Positions 20,620 through 30,909 of a DNA stretch of 52,151 bases are shown one piece after another. Location of the stretch: positions 1-52,151 of the forward strand of contig DQXT01000052.1 of NCBI GenBank assembly GCA_011042225.1, given 5' to 3'. The number at the start of each line of letters is the position of its first letter. Position 1 is the stretch's first letter. Under the pieces are notes generated by a model that saw nothing but the letters and a program-made list of their open reading frames with translations, did no database searches and was not told the DNA's origin. The position numbers and the translations under genes are program-made. This stretch comes from Deltaproteobacteria bacterium. GTDB lineage: Bacteria > Desulfobacterota > Dissulfuribacteria > Dissulfuribacterales > UBA3076.

Positions 20620-21900
20620 ATGAATTTCGAATGTTTTATTGCCCTGCGTTATCTAAGGGCAAAACGCAAACAGGCCTTCATTTCTCTTATTACCCTCATA
20701 TCTATAGCAGGCGTAGCAGTGGGTGTAATGGCCCTGATTGTTGTAATTGCTGTAATGACCGGTTTTGAAAATCATCTCCGCACCAAGATACTTGGCATAA
20801 ATTCACACATTTCGGTCAAAAACTATGAAGGTGCCTTTTGTAACATAGAGTCCATACGGCAAGATGTGCTTGGAGTTAGCGTCCCTCGTAATGACCTTTT
20901 TAGTATGATAAGGGGAAAACACGGTGATGCAAAGGTAACTGCAACGACCCCCCTGGTCTATATCCAGGCCCTTTTGAGTTCAGGAAGGGCTGTCAGTGGA
21001 GCAGCTATCCGGGGAATAGAACCTGACTCTATACAAAAGGTCTTCAGCGTGGGAAAGATTATCAGAGGAGAGGGACTTGAAGCATTTGAGAATTATAGTG
21101 AAAGCGGAATTCCTCCAATACTTCTGGGCAAGGAACTCGCGCGCAACTTGGGGGTTGCTGTCGGGCAGTCAATTCGGGTCATGCTGCCAAGCGGGACTAT
21201 TACACCTGTGGGGATGCTTCCCAAAATACGGACATTTAGGGTGACCGGTATTAATACGACCGGCATGTATGAGTATGATACCTCCCTTGCCTTTATTCCC
21301 ATTGAAGCGGCCCAGCGGCTTCTTGGTTTAGGTGAGAAGGTTCATGGCCTGGAGATAAAAGTTTCGGATATCTATGCCACGGACGGCCTTGCACTGGCCA
21401 TACAAAAAAGACTTGGATTTCCTTTCTGGGCAATAGACTGGCAACAGATGAGCCGAAATCTTTTTTCGGCCCTGAAGCTGGAAAAATTGGCCATGTTTAT
21501 CATTCTTACCCTGATAGTCCTGGTGGCTGCATTTAACATTGTAAGCACCCTTATCATGATGGTCATGGAAAAGAATCAGGATATAGCAATACTTAAGACA
21601 CTTGGTGCAATGGACAAAAATATTTTACGGATTTTTATTTATAATGGATTACTCGTAGGTTTTATAGGGACCATTCTCGGCGTTTCAGGCGGGGTAAGTC
21701 TCTGTTTCCTTCTTAGCCGCTACAAGTTCATTAAGATACCGAGTGAGGTATATTACACCGACACACTTCCCATACTGCTACACACAAGTGATGTGGCTAT
21801 AATTTCGATCTCTGCTATCTTAATATGTTTTTTTGCCACCATATATCCAGCCAGACAAGCGGCCAAGGTCAATCCGTCCGAGGCATTGAGGACAGGGTGA
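20620..21900 (+). CDS. lolC: lipoprotein-releasing ABC transporter permease (LolC/LolE family)
   Basis: MNFECFIALRYLRAKRKQAFISLITLISIAGVAVGV..., a large periplasmic MacB-like loop and a C-terminal FtsX 3-TM domain ending YPARQAAKVNPSEALR. No lolD ATPase gene follows. Confidence 0.85.
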   Translation: MNFECFIALRYLRAKRKQAFISLITLISIAGVAVGVMALIVVIAVMTGFENHLRTKILGINSHISVKNYEGAFCNIESIRQDVLGVSVPRNDLFSMIRGKHGDAKVTATTPLVYIQALLSSGRAVSGAAIRGIEPDSIQKVFSVGKIIRGEGLEAFENYSESGIPPILLGKELARNLGVAVGQSIRVMLPSGTITPVGMLPKIRTFRVTGINTTGMYEYDTSLAFIPIEAAQRLLGLGEKVHGLEIKVSDIYATDGLALAIQKRLGFPFWAIDWQQMSRNLFSALKLEKLAMFIILTLIVLVAAFNIVSTLIMMVMEKNQDIAILKTLGAMDKNILRIFIYNGLLVGFIGTILGVSGGVSLCFLLSRYKFIKIPSEVYYTDTLPILLHTSDVAIISISAILICFFATIYPARQAAKVNPSEALRTG

Positions 21901-21967
21901 TTGGCATGTAGTATATTTATGTTTAAATTGTTAGTTAATGCCGGGCAGGAGTCAGGAGGAAGCAAAA

Positions 21968-22144
21968 ATGAGCAGTGACCATTTGTTACCCGAGGGTGAG
22001 AGCATCCGAAAGGCTGTAAAATGGATATCGGAGGTTACAAAGGAGTATCCTGAAAAAAGCCGCAAGGAAATCATACACGAGGCGGAATTACGGTTTGACC
22101 TTTCCCCAAAGGAATGCGATTTCCTTTACAGGAAATTTGTTTGA
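21968..22144 (+). CDS. small hypothetical protein (58 aa)
   Basis: AGGAGG (21954-21959) lies 8 nt upstream of ATG 21968. The product is a charged helical peptide, MSSDHLLPEGESIRKAVKWISEVTKEYPEKSRKEIIHEAELRFDLSPKECDFLYRKFV. I do not recognise a family. Confidence 0.4.
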   Translation: MSSDHLLPEGESIRKAVKWISEVTKEYPEKSRKEIIHEAELRFDLSPKECDFLYRKFV

Positions 22145-22510
22145 AACCGGCCAGTGAGGATGCACGCCTTACTCAAACTAAAGACGAAGAACACAATGCT
22201 CCCGTACGCCACACCATAGCGATCCTTCTAATAACCGATGCCGATATTGTCAGAAATCGATAAAAAACGTGTACGCCGTGCAGTTAATGATCCTAAGATA
22301 AAGGCGGGACCTGCCTTTCATTATCGTCTGCCAAATTGCAAACATTGAAAATAAGGACTGGTCACTGGCCTTATCCTGGAACAACTGGTGGGTAGTTGAG
22401 GAGTTGTCTCATCGACCGGATGAACTTGATGAACTGAGCGCCGCATTTCTTGAAGCCGACCAACCAATTATCGGAGTTAACCGTAGTAAATGGATAGAGT
22501 TTATTGATCA

Positions 22511-23188
22511 ATGGTTAAGAAACCACGGATTGGTGTAACCGGCAGCGATAGGCGATGGTCACCAAGCTGGTGGTGTACAGCCTTTGCACTAAGACTGGCT
22601 GGCGCGACGCCGGAGCGGATCAGTATCCGCCATTCTCCCAGCGGAAAACCGCTGAATGCATTGATCATCAGTGGTGGTGGTGGTGATGATGATATTAGCC
22701 CGGAGCATTACAATTCAGACCTTGATGCCAAGGTCAAGACCGACCCGGAACGTGACCATCTGGAAATAGAATGGATTCAAAGGGCACTGAAAATGAATAT
22801 TCCCTTATTGGGAATCTGCCGTGGTGCGCAACTGATCAATGTTGTACGTGGCGGAACCTTGTATCAGGACATTCGGGTATTGCGCAAACCTACCTATAAT
22901 CGGCCCGGTTTGTTGCCGACTAAACAGGTTCGTCTATCACCCGGTTCGAAATTGGCCGAGATCTGCAACAAAATGCATCTAAGGGTGAACAGTCTTCATC
23001 ATCAAGCAATCAAGGACATCGGCACTGATCTTCAGGCAGTAGGCTGGGACCTGGATGACATTATCCAAGCGTTGGAGCGGGGAAAAGGCAGGATCATCGG
23101 CTTGCAATGGCATCCCGAATACCTCATATATCTGCCGTCACAATTTGCGTTATTTCGCTGGCTGGCAAAAACAGCACGAGAGCATTAA
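22511..23188 (+). CDS. class I glutamine amidotransferase / gamma-glutamyl-GABA hydrolase-like (peptidase C26)
   Basis: 225 aa. Nucleophile elbow LLGICRGAQLINVVRGGTLYQDI and a His block LQWHPEY. Confidence 0.8.
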   Translation: MVKKPRIGVTGSDRRWSPSWWCTAFALRLAGATPERISIRHSPSGKPLNALIISGGGGDDDISPEHYNSDLDAKVKTDPERDHLEIEWIQRALKMNIPLLGICRGAQLINVVRGGTLYQDIRVLRKPTYNRPGLLPTKQVRLSPGSKLAEICNKMHLRVNSLHHQAIKDIGTDLQAVGWDLDDIIQALERGKGRIIGLQWHPEYLIYLPSQFALFRWLAKTAREH

Positions 23189-23460
23189 TGTATTCGGTTT
23201 TATCATATTGAATTTTCGATTTATTAGACTGAGTAAGACCGGGAAAACGACTGAAAGAGGGCGAGATATGATGGCACAAGTTCGTTCGGCTGAGTAAAAA
23301 GAGACGGTTCGTTTAGTAATATGCGATTATATATTGGATATCTTGGTGAATTATTTGTCTCCCTATTATAAGTACGGTTTGTAATATAGCGCCTGAAGTT
23401 TATTTCAAAAGCCGACGGCATGTAGTGGATTAAAATTAACAGTATGGAGAAAAAGTAGAT

Positions 23461-24687
23461 TTGAGGTTGTCATTGAAAAGGTTGTACAGAATTTTGGCCC
23501 TTATATTGCCGTTAATCTCGGCTGTTCCGGTTTATGCCGTTGGCCTAAATAATCTAAACGAATCAGTTATTAAAGACAGTACTGACATCGCACTGTTGAT
23601 TACTTATGTGGTGCTGGCATTGGGTGTTTCATTTCTCTGTTCAATCGCGGAAGCGGTGCTCTTAAGCGTTACACCTTCGTATATCGAAGGGCAGAAAGAA
23701 AAGCGGCCCGGGCGTGCCGCCCTTTTAAAACGATTGAAGCTTGATCACCTGGATCGAGCACTTGCGGCCATTTTAACTTTAAACACTACGGCACATACAG
23801 TTGGGGCGATTGGTGCCGGAGCCAAGGCTGCAGTCATATTTGGAAGCACTTGGTTCGGCGTGTTCTCAGCTGTCATGACGATTATGATCCTTTTTCTTTC
23901 CGAAATAGTTCCTAAAACCATAGGCGCCACCTACTGGTCAAAACTCGTAGGACCTATGGCGCTTTTTGTTAATGCACTGATTGTGATCCTTTACCCAATC
24001 GTGTGGATCTCGGAGAGGCTGACAAAATATATTTCGCGCGGGAAGGATGTACATATTTTCAGTCGTGACGAGTTCATCGCCATGGCATCGGTCGGTGTAG
24101 AGACAGGACAGATCCATAGCAAGGAATCCAGGATGATCCAAAATCTGTTACGCTTTGAGTCACTGAATGTGGCCGATATCATGACACCACGTACTGTAAT
24201 ATTGGCACTGGCTGAAGACATAAAAATAATTGATTCATTAAAAAAAATAACCCAAAATCCATTCTCACGCATACCTTTATATAGGTCAAATATTGATGAT
24301 ATAACCGGCTTTGTCCTTAAAGATGATGTCTTGATTTTCACTGCACAGAAACGAGGTGATGAAAAATTAAAAACATTGAGACGTGAAATAATAGCAATTC
24401 CGATGTCAGTGTCGTTGACAGCTTTGTTGGAACGCTTTCTCAATGATCGCCAGCATATTGCCATAGTAGTTAATGAATACGGGGAAACGTCCGGACTGGT
24501 GACACTGGAAGATTTAATTGAAACTATTATGGGTATGGAAATCATGGATGAAACAGACGATGTTGAAGATATGCGAGCCCTGGCACGTAAACAATGGATT
24601 AAACGTAGCAAGGCTATGGGCCTTGATGCCGACATCTTGGATCGAAATAGGCCAGAATCAGAAAATAGCCCGCACCCCCGGCATTGA
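23461..24687 (+). CDS. CNNM/CorC-family transporter (DUF21 membrane domain plus CBS pair)
   Basis: 408 aa. Four-TM DUF21 with SEIVPKTIG, then a CBS pair (VADIMTPRT...IPLYRSNIDDITGFV...HIAIVVNEYGETSGLVTLEDLIETIMG). It lacks the usual CorC_HlyC C-terminal domain. GGAGAA RBS and TTG start. Confidence 0.8.
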   Translation: MRLSLKRLYRILALILPLISAVPVYAVGLNNLNESVIKDSTDIALLITYVVLALGVSFLCSIAEAVLLSVTPSYIEGQKEKRPGRAALLKRLKLDHLDRALAAILTLNTTAHTVGAIGAGAKAAVIFGSTWFGVFSAVMTIMILFLSEIVPKTIGATYWSKLVGPMALFVNALIVILYPIVWISERLTKYISRGKDVHIFSRDEFIAMASVGVETGQIHSKESRMIQNLLRFESLNVADIMTPRTVILALAEDIKIIDSLKKITQNPFSRIPLYRSNIDDITGFVLKDDVLIFTAQKRGDEKLKTLRREIIAIPMSVSLTALLERFLNDRQHIAIVVNEYGETSGLVTLEDLIETIMGMEIMDETDDVEDMRALARKQWIKRSKAMGLDADILDRNRPESENSPHPRH

Positions 24688-24866
24688 GGGGCACGTTGCG
24701 ATTCTTATTAAGGCCTATTGGATAATAAAATGCTTATCCACAGCTCATTAATAGAGACAGGGCCTAAAGGGCCGAAACAGCGATTTTGTTAATATCTATA
24801 ATTTCCCCTCGCGTAAACGCGGTATGAGATACACTGCCTGGCATTATAACATGGAACTCTGAGTCG

Positions 24867-26168
24867 CTATCTTTGTCGCATTCTTATGGATTCGGCATGG
24901 GCGGTAAGGCCTTCTATTTCCGCCAGACGGATTACGTCATCAGCATCTCTTTGGAAGGCCTCACGGGAATAGGAAATCAGGCTTGAATGCTTCATGAAGG
25001 TCTCCACTCCAAGGGCCGAAGAAAAGCGGGCCGTACCCATAGTGGGAAGTACGTGATTAGGCCCGGCAATATAATCGCCTATTGGCTCCGGCGTGACGTT
25101 TCCCATGAATATTGCTCCAGCATGGCGGATCTTTGGGAGAAGCCCCCAGGGATCTGATACCAGCAATTCCAAGTGCTCAGGCCCGATCCTGTTTGCTATC
25201 CCGGTAGCCGTCTCCAGATCATCGACTTTAAGTAATAGGCCGTTTGTCTTCAAAGCCTCGATTGCGATTTCCCGCCTTGCCAATTTTTCAAGCTGGCCAT
25301 CCAACTCTGCAGGCACCTCTTCAGAAAGCCTCGTCGATGTAGTAATCAGTATGGATGTCGCCATAGGATCGTGCTCTGCCTGAGACAGGAGATCAGCCGC
25401 CACAAACTCTGACTGTGCGCTCTCATCTGCTATTACAAGTACCTCACTCGGTCCTGCCACCATATCGATTCCAACAAAACCCGCCAGCATCTTCTTCGCC
25501 AGAGTCACATAGACGTTACCTGGTCCCACTATTACGTCTACAGAAGGCACTGTCTCTGTTCCGAAGGCCAAAGCACCGATGGCCCAAGCACTTCCCGTTT
25601 TATATATTTCACTTACACCTGCTTCTGAGGCCGCTACGAGCAGGTAAGGATTAATAGCCCCATATTTGTCGGGCGGAGTGGTGATTACAATCCTTTTGAC
25701 TCCTGCAATTTTGGCGGGGATTGAATTCATAAGGACAGAAGAAACCAGCGGAGTTTCACCCCCCTTGCCCCCTGGGGCATACAATCCGGCGGCATCCACG
25801 GGCCGTATCATTTGTCCCAATACAGATCCGTCTTCCCTTGTCATTATCCATGACTTTGGCCTCTGATGAATGTGGAATTCTTCAATATGGGAGATGGCCT
25901 TTTTGATGCTCAGCAGAAAATTGTTATTTACCTTTGAATAGGCTGCTTTTAACTCTTGCTCGGATACTGCCAGGTTCTTGACCTCAAAATCAGGAGCGTC
26001 GTACTGTCTTGTGTATTGGACTAAAGCCTGATCTCCTTTATCTCTTACCTGTTTGAGTATCTCCCTTACCTCGCCCTCGTGCTGTAAAGAGATTTCAAAT
26101 CGGCGGCTGGCTAAAGAATCCACCCTGTTTTTTCCTTCAGCAGTATTGTAAGAAACAGGTTTCAGCAT
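24867..26168 (-). CDS. hisD: histidinol dehydrogenase
   Basis: 433 aa. Carries GPGNVYVTLAKK, VAGPSEVLVIADE, LLSQAEHDP and GDYIAGPNHVLPT. Confidence 0.95.
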   Translation of the reverse strand: MLKPVSYNTAEGKNRVDSLASRRFEISLQHEGEVREILKQVRDKGDQALVQYTRQYDAPDFEVKNLAVSEQELKAAYSKVNNNFLLSIKKAISHIEEFHIHQRPKSWIMTREDGSVLGQMIRPVDAAGLYAPGGKGGETPLVSSVLMNSIPAKIAGVKRIVITTPPDKYGAINPYLLVAASEAGVSEIYKTGSAWAIGALAFGTETVPSVDVIVGPGNVYVTLAKKMLAGFVGIDMVAGPSEVLVIADESAQSEFVAADLLSQAEHDPMATSILITTSTRLSEEVPAELDGQLEKLARREIAIEALKTNGLLLKVDDLETATGIANRIGPEHLELLVSDPWGLLPKIRHAGAIFMGNVTPEPIGDYIAGPNHVLPTMGTARFSSALGVETFMKHSSLISYSREAFQRDADDVIRLAEIEGLTAHAESIRMRQR

Positions 26169-26181
26169 CTTGTCTTCTCCC

Positions 26182-26916
26182 TTAGGCCAAAAGTACAGCT
26201 ATAATACCGGTAAGAAAGATTCCATCGAATGTACCGGCCCCTCCTATGGATACAACCGGTGCATTTATTTGTTCTATGTCTTTATAGTGCAGGAGATCGG
26301 CCCCTATCAAAGTACCTAGAGTTCCGGAAATATATGCCACAACCGGGGCATGATCTTCGGCGGAGATTAAAATGGCTAGCAAAGCAGCAAGAAAAGGGGG
26401 AATGAACATAGGCAGAGCTATACCAAGCCCGGGCACAGGCCTGGCCATCCAGTAGGTTAAGGCTGCAATTATGGCTATACCTATCAAGGGATCGAAGAAG
26501 ATTCGCCATTTCAGCATCAGGTAAACGGAAAGAAACAGGGGCACAAGCGCCCCGCCTAAATTAACCGTCACTACTGTGCCGGGAAATGAACTTGCGTGAA
26601 TTCTGTACGTAATGCCAAAGGATCTGACTTTGGAGGGGATATTTACGATCTTGTTTTTTATCCGCTTGACAGGGATATTTATGTGACTACCCAAGAGAGA
26701 TGCCAGTAAAAAGACAAAAACCTGCCATGGACCAAAGCCTATCTTCTCAAATGCTATGGTCATAATTCCCACGTGTATGAGGGCAAAAAGGAATATCAGC
26801 CCCAATAGAAACAGCAGAAATATAAGAATGGCAAAGGGGTTGTACAACATTGAAAAGACCTTTAGCAGTACGAATTTAGAAAGACCCGAGGCCGGATTTA
26901 CTTGGCCTCGGGACAT
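26182..26916 (-). CDS. polytopic membrane protein, DUF1614-like
   Basis: About 6 TM helices. Blocks VNLGGALVPL and SIGGAGTFDGIFLTGIIAVLLA resemble DUF1614 as I remember it; this is not verified. The likely start is internal (MLYNPF..., 26850). Confidence 0.5.
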   Translation of the reverse strand: MSRGQVNPASGLSKFVLLKVFSMLYNPFAILIFLLFLLGLIFLFALIHVGIMTIAFEKIGFGPWQVFVFLLASLLGSHINIPVKRIKNKIVNIPSKVRSFGITYRIHASSFPGTVVTVNLGGALVPLFLSVYLMLKWRIFFDPLIGIAIIAALTYWMARPVPGLGIALPMFIPPFLAALLAILISAEDHAPVVAYISGTLGTLIGADLLHYKDIEQINAPVVSIGGAGTFDGIFLTGIIAVLLA

Positions 26917-26939
26917 TTGCGTCTTATTTTTTAGAAGTC

Positions 26940-28418
26940 CTAATCTATACGTATAGCCACGTAACGGCTGAACTCTCCGTCACGGATTCTGAAAAGGACG
27001 CTTTTAGCCTGTTCTGATTGGGCCAAGACCTCTAAAAAATCATCCATACTGTGAACGCGCTTGCGGTTCACCTCTTCTATAAGGTGTCCAGAGCGAATAC
27101 CCACACGGGCTGCCGGACTTCCCTGCTCCACTTCTGCCACCAGAACACCCTGAAACTCACGATATCCTAATCGTTCCGCCAGTTCCGGTGTCAGATCCTG
27201 CACGACAAGGCCAAGCTTCTCCAAGATCCTGTTCTGGGCCATAGCCATAGTCTTCCTGCCGATAGGCTGTTCACCAATAGTAACCTGTAGGGTCTTGTGC
27301 TTATTGTCTCTCAAGACCTCCATCTTTACCTTGGTCCCTGGTGAAGTCATTGCTATTTTGTTTCTGAGTTCTCCCAGTTTCTCAACCTTTTTGCCGTTCA
27401 GACCAAGTATGATATCACCCTGTTTCAGACCTGCTTTTTCTGCAGGAGAGCCCTCTGAAACTTCAGCCACCAGCACTCCTTCGGTCTTTTTCAGACCAAA
27501 GGATTTGGCGAGTTCCTTGTCTATATCCTGTATGATTACTCCTAGCCACCCCCTGGTAACTTTACCTTTTTCCAGGAGTTGCTTCACGATGGCCTTTGCC
27601 ATATTTATGGGTATGGCAAAACCTATACCCATATAGCCGCCGCTCCTGGAGAATATAGCGGTATTCATGCCGATGGCTTCTCCGTGGATGTTAACAAGTG
27701 GTCCGCCTGAATTCCCAGGGTTTATGGCAGCGTCAGTCTGTATAAAGTCTTCATAGTCATTGATGCCTATGCGACTTCTTCCCTTGGCACTGACCACGCC
27801 TACAGTGACGGTCTGGCTGAGACCAAATGGATTGCCTATGGCTATGACCCACTCTCCCACATCAAGCTTGTCCGAATCCCCCAGACTGAGTACAGGTAAA
27901 TCTGTTGCATCTATTTTTATTACTGCCACATCGGACTGTGGATCCGTCCCTATTACCCGGGCTTTAAACTCCCTGCCGTCGGCCAGTTTTACCCTGATAA
28001 TGTCAGCGTCTCCCACAACATGATTGTTAATAAGTATGTAGCCGTCTTTATTTATAATAAAGCCTGATCCCTGCCCTCTCTGATTGAATTTTTTTGGTGT
28101 TCTAGGTCTTGGCTGAAAGTGGGGGCCGAAAAAACGTTCAAAAAAGGGATCGCTAAAGAGGTCAGAGGGGCCCTGAAAGGGTGACAGTGTGCCACTTCTT
28201 TCCACTGTCTTCTCGACTTGGACAAAGACCACCGCCGGCATGGCCTTTTTAACTACAGCTGCAAAGGCCTTGGCCGTCTTGTCTAACAGTGCTATGTTCT
28301 GGTCATCGATATCTGAGGCAAAACTGTTTATAGCACAATTCAATATCAACAGTACTGTTAACAACATTCGTATAAGCTTGAACTGTATAATTGTTTTTAT
28401 ATTGCTCTTTAGGTGCAT
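26940..28418 (-). CDS. periplasmic serine endoprotease DegP/DegQ/HtrA with two PDZ domains
   Basis: 492 aa with a signal peptide. Catalytic triad context NNHVV, SDVAVIKI and GNSGGPLVN. Two PDZ blocks (GVLVAEVSEGSPAEKAGLKQGDIIL and GVLVAEVEQGSPAARVGIRSGHLI). Confidence 0.9.
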   Translation of the reverse strand: MHLKSNIKTIIQFKLIRMLLTVLLILNCAINSFASDIDDQNIALLDKTAKAFAAVVKKAMPAVVFVQVEKTVERSGTLSPFQGPSDLFSDPFFERFFGPHFQPRPRTPKKFNQRGQGSGFIINKDGYILINNHVVGDADIIRVKLADGREFKARVIGTDPQSDVAVIKIDATDLPVLSLGDSDKLDVGEWVIAIGNPFGLSQTVTVGVVSAKGRSRIGINDYEDFIQTDAAINPGNSGGPLVNIHGEAIGMNTAIFSRSGGYMGIGFAIPINMAKAIVKQLLEKGKVTRGWLGVIIQDIDKELAKSFGLKKTEGVLVAEVSEGSPAEKAGLKQGDIILGLNGKKVEKLGELRNKIAMTSPGTKVKMEVLRDNKHKTLQVTIGEQPIGRKTMAMAQNRILEKLGLVVQDLTPELAERLGYREFQGVLVAEVEQGSPAARVGIRSGHLIEEVNRKRVHSMDDFLEVLAQSEQAKSVLFRIRDGEFSRYVAIRID

Positions 28419-28589
28419 TCTGTTTTTCTCCTTATTTATCCCGCTGGAAAGGTCTAAGCTATTAGGTTATTTCAACTTTCCAGCCTGCCCTGCCTGAGTG
28501 CATTTCAGGCATACAGGTCACTGCGTTTTACATTAAAATGCGTCTAATTCATGGGAAATTGCGCCTTGCATCCGGCCTTTTGAATAAAA

Positions 28590-30581
28590 TTATGTTTCAG
28601 ACTTTATTACATTGTAATCCTCGCTCTTTTTTTCTATTTCACCTGCAATTTTACTAAACTCGTCTTTGCTCATTATCTCTTCTACGAGTAGACGCTCTAC
28701 CATTTTTTCAAGAGAGTCCAGGTGTCCTTCTATGATCTTTTGTGCCCTGGCACTCTGTTCGCTCAGCAGTTGTCGTACCTGCTTATCCACTTCTGAAGCA
28801 AGTTCAGAGCTCAAAGGCTCCGTAGTCTGTGAAGTGCCAGGCACCCTAAGGAAGGGACTGGTTTCCCTGAAAAGGGCCACCGGCCCAATCTTTTCATTCA
28901 TTCCAAAGCGGCATATCATGCTTCTGGCTATTTCCGTAGCCATTTCCAAGTCATTCTGTGCCCCGGAACTCACCTCTCCCATAATTATTGTTTCAGCGGC
29001 CCGCCCTCCAAGAGATACGCAGATCTTGTCCAGGAGTTCGCTTTTGGTTACAAGGTAACGCTCTTCCTCGGGTAGCTGAAGTGTATAGCCAAGAGCCGCC
29101 TTTCCACGGGGTATAATGGAAATCTTGGCGACCGGCGGGGCATTGGGGCAATGAAATGCCACCAGGGCATGGCCGGCCTCATGATAGGCTACGCGTTTGC
29201 GATCCTTTTCTCCAAGACGCCTGCTCTTCCGCTCAGGGCCGGCAAACACCTTTTCAACTGCCTCTTCAAGGTGGGCATGGGTGATCTGTTTTGAGCCATG
29301 TCTTGCTGCAGTAAGGGCCGCCTCATTCATGATATTTGCAAGATCCGCTCCAGAGAACCCAGGGGTCCTCAAGGCAATGTTTTTAAGGTCTATCTCGGGG
29401 GCAAGGGGTTTATTACGGGAGTGGACCTTGAGTATCGCCTCCCGGCCTCGCACGTCCGGGGCATCAAGTATTACCTGGCGATCGAACCTGCCGGGGCGCA
29501 ACAGGGCCGGATCAAGGACCTCTGGCCGGTTGGTTGCAGCAAGCAGTATTACCCCCAGGTTAGGTTCAAATCCGTCCATCTCCACCAGGAGCTGGTTAAG
29601 GGTCTGCTCTCTTTCCTCATGGCCGCCTCCCATCATTCCTCCGCCACGGAATTTTCCTATGGCGTCAAGCTCATCGACAAAAATTATGCAGGGCGTGTTC
29701 TCCTTGGCTTGGTTAAAGAGGTCCCTTACCCTTGCGGCCCCGACACCTACAAACATTTCGATGAATTCAGAGCCGGATATGCTGTAAAAGGGGACACCTG
29801 CCTCACCTGCCAGGGCCCTTGCAAGGAGGGTCTTTCCTGTACCCGGAGGACCAAGAAGGAGCACCCCTTTGGGTATTTTGGCCCCTAACTCCTCGAATTT
29901 CTTGGGCTCTTTCAAAAATTCCACCACTTCTTTCAACTCTTCTTTGGACTCATCACATCCTGCCACATCGTCGAACCGTACGCCGGTATCTTTCTCCATG
30001 GCAATTTTGGCCTTTGATTTGCCAAATGATAGAAGCCCTGCTCCAGGCCTTCCCATGCCCCTGATGAGCAAAAACCAAAGTCCGACCCAAAAAAGTATCG
30101 GCAGGATTGTGCCCCAGAAAAGCTGGTCAAAAACACCCTTCTGTACCCCTGAATAATCAACCCCATTGGCATCCAGTTCTTCTACAAGCTTGGAATCATC
30201 AACTCTTATAGTACGAAAAAGCATCAGATTGTCTTTTTGATCAATCAGTTTTCGGAGCTGGGTAAAAAGCTCCTGGAGGGAAAGCTGTTTCTCCTTTCCC
30301 GGCAGGGCATTATCTGTCGCCTTTTCCTGCTTTAGTTTCTGCAACTTCTCCTGCACTCTCTGAAGGCCGCCCACACGACCTGTATAAAGTATCCCCCTGA
30401 TTTCTTCCTCATCCATGCGGACTTCAAAGATTCTTCCTTCCCTTAACATCTGCTTGAACCGGGTATAGGAAATCTCTTTTGTCTGCATGTGAATCCACAG
30501 ATTAGGCAGACTAAAAATAAGGATCAGCCCTACTATCCAATAGATAGCGGAAAATATTAGTTTACGGCGTCCTTTATCCAT
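28590..30581 (-). CDS. ftsH: ATP-dependent zinc metalloprotease FtsH
   Basis: 663 aa. Walker A GPPGTGKT, Walker B IIFVDELD, an SRH region and the zinc site HEAGHAL. The segment between TM1 and TM2 is longer than usual and rich in coiled-coil sequence. Confidence 0.95.
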   Translation of the reverse strand: MDKGRRKLIFSAIYWIVGLILIFSLPNLWIHMQTKEISYTRFKQMLREGRIFEVRMDEEEIRGILYTGRVGGLQRVQEKLQKLKQEKATDNALPGKEKQLSLQELFTQLRKLIDQKDNLMLFRTIRVDDSKLVEELDANGVDYSGVQKGVFDQLFWGTILPILFWVGLWFLLIRGMGRPGAGLLSFGKSKAKIAMEKDTGVRFDDVAGCDESKEELKEVVEFLKEPKKFEELGAKIPKGVLLLGPPGTGKTLLARALAGEAGVPFYSISGSEFIEMFVGVGAARVRDLFNQAKENTPCIIFVDELDAIGKFRGGGMMGGGHEEREQTLNQLLVEMDGFEPNLGVILLAATNRPEVLDPALLRPGRFDRQVILDAPDVRGREAILKVHSRNKPLAPEIDLKNIALRTPGFSGADLANIMNEAALTAARHGSKQITHAHLEEAVEKVFAGPERKSRRLGEKDRKRVAYHEAGHALVAFHCPNAPPVAKISIIPRGKAALGYTLQLPEEERYLVTKSELLDKICVSLGGRAAETIIMGEVSSGAQNDLEMATEIARSMICRFGMNEKIGPVALFRETSPFLRVPGTSQTTEPLSSELASEVDKQVRQLLSEQSARAQKIIEGHLDSLEKMVERLLVEEIMSKDEFSKIAGEIEKKSEDYNVIKSET

Positions 30582-30805
30582 TAGCTATGGTCCGGAACCG
30601 GTCAAAGAGATGTCAAAAAAAGGTGAATTCAATGGCTTTTGCTAACCCATGTCTTTTTTGTCCGATTATGGCGTTACCCGTAGTCAAAATGCCTAACGTG
30701 CCCAGGTACGCTCCCGCATTCTTTCCTACTCGAACCTTGCCCTCAGACAAAATCTATTGGTTTTGCGATAAACTCTTAAAAAAGTAGTATAAAATAGCAC
30801 AAACA

Positions 30806-30845
30806 TAGTTCAGGCAGCCACTTTTAATCATCGCTACCTGAACTA
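30806..30845 (-). terminator. strong hairpin between ppiC-like gene and ftsH (terminator or processing-site candidate)
   Basis: TAGTTCAGG-C-AGC pairs with GCT-A-CCTGAACTA, giving 12 bp with one mismatch and a 14-nt loop. On the minus strand it is followed by T-rich sequence (TGTTTGTGCTATTTTATACTACTTTTTT). Confidence 0.3.
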
Positions 30846-30909
30846 TCATCAGTGCCCTTTAGCCGTTCACAAAAATCAAACTAAAAATCGCTGCTTGCAA
30901 AAGGCCCCT

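Noticed and set aside
22302-22535. Start-less open frame (77 codons) running into the start of the glutamine amidotransferase gene.
   Set aside because: There is no ATG, GTG or TTG start giving more than 45 codons, no RBS and no recognisable family. It is treated as a possible gene remnant inside the lolC-downstream finding rather than as a feature.
22672-22692. (GGT)4(GAT)3 trinucleotide run inside the amidotransferase gene (encodes GGGGDDD).
   Set aside because: The run is in frame, short and inside an otherwise intact ORF. There is no evidence that it is anything more than a low-complexity loop.
23991-24635. 214-aa minus-strand ORF inside the CNNM transporter gene.
   Set aside because: Its Ser/Ile-rich low-complexity translation lies fully inside a well-supported plus-strand gene. 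It is an antisense shadow ORF.
29197-29888. Two 196-aa plus-strand ORFs inside ftsH. Similar antisense ORFs occur inside asmA, ntrX (42835-43452), cimA, lysC, mdh and the MltD-like gene.
   Set aside because: All are nested in genes with unambiguous motif support on the other strand, and their translations are Arg/Ser/Pro-rich with no recognisable domains.
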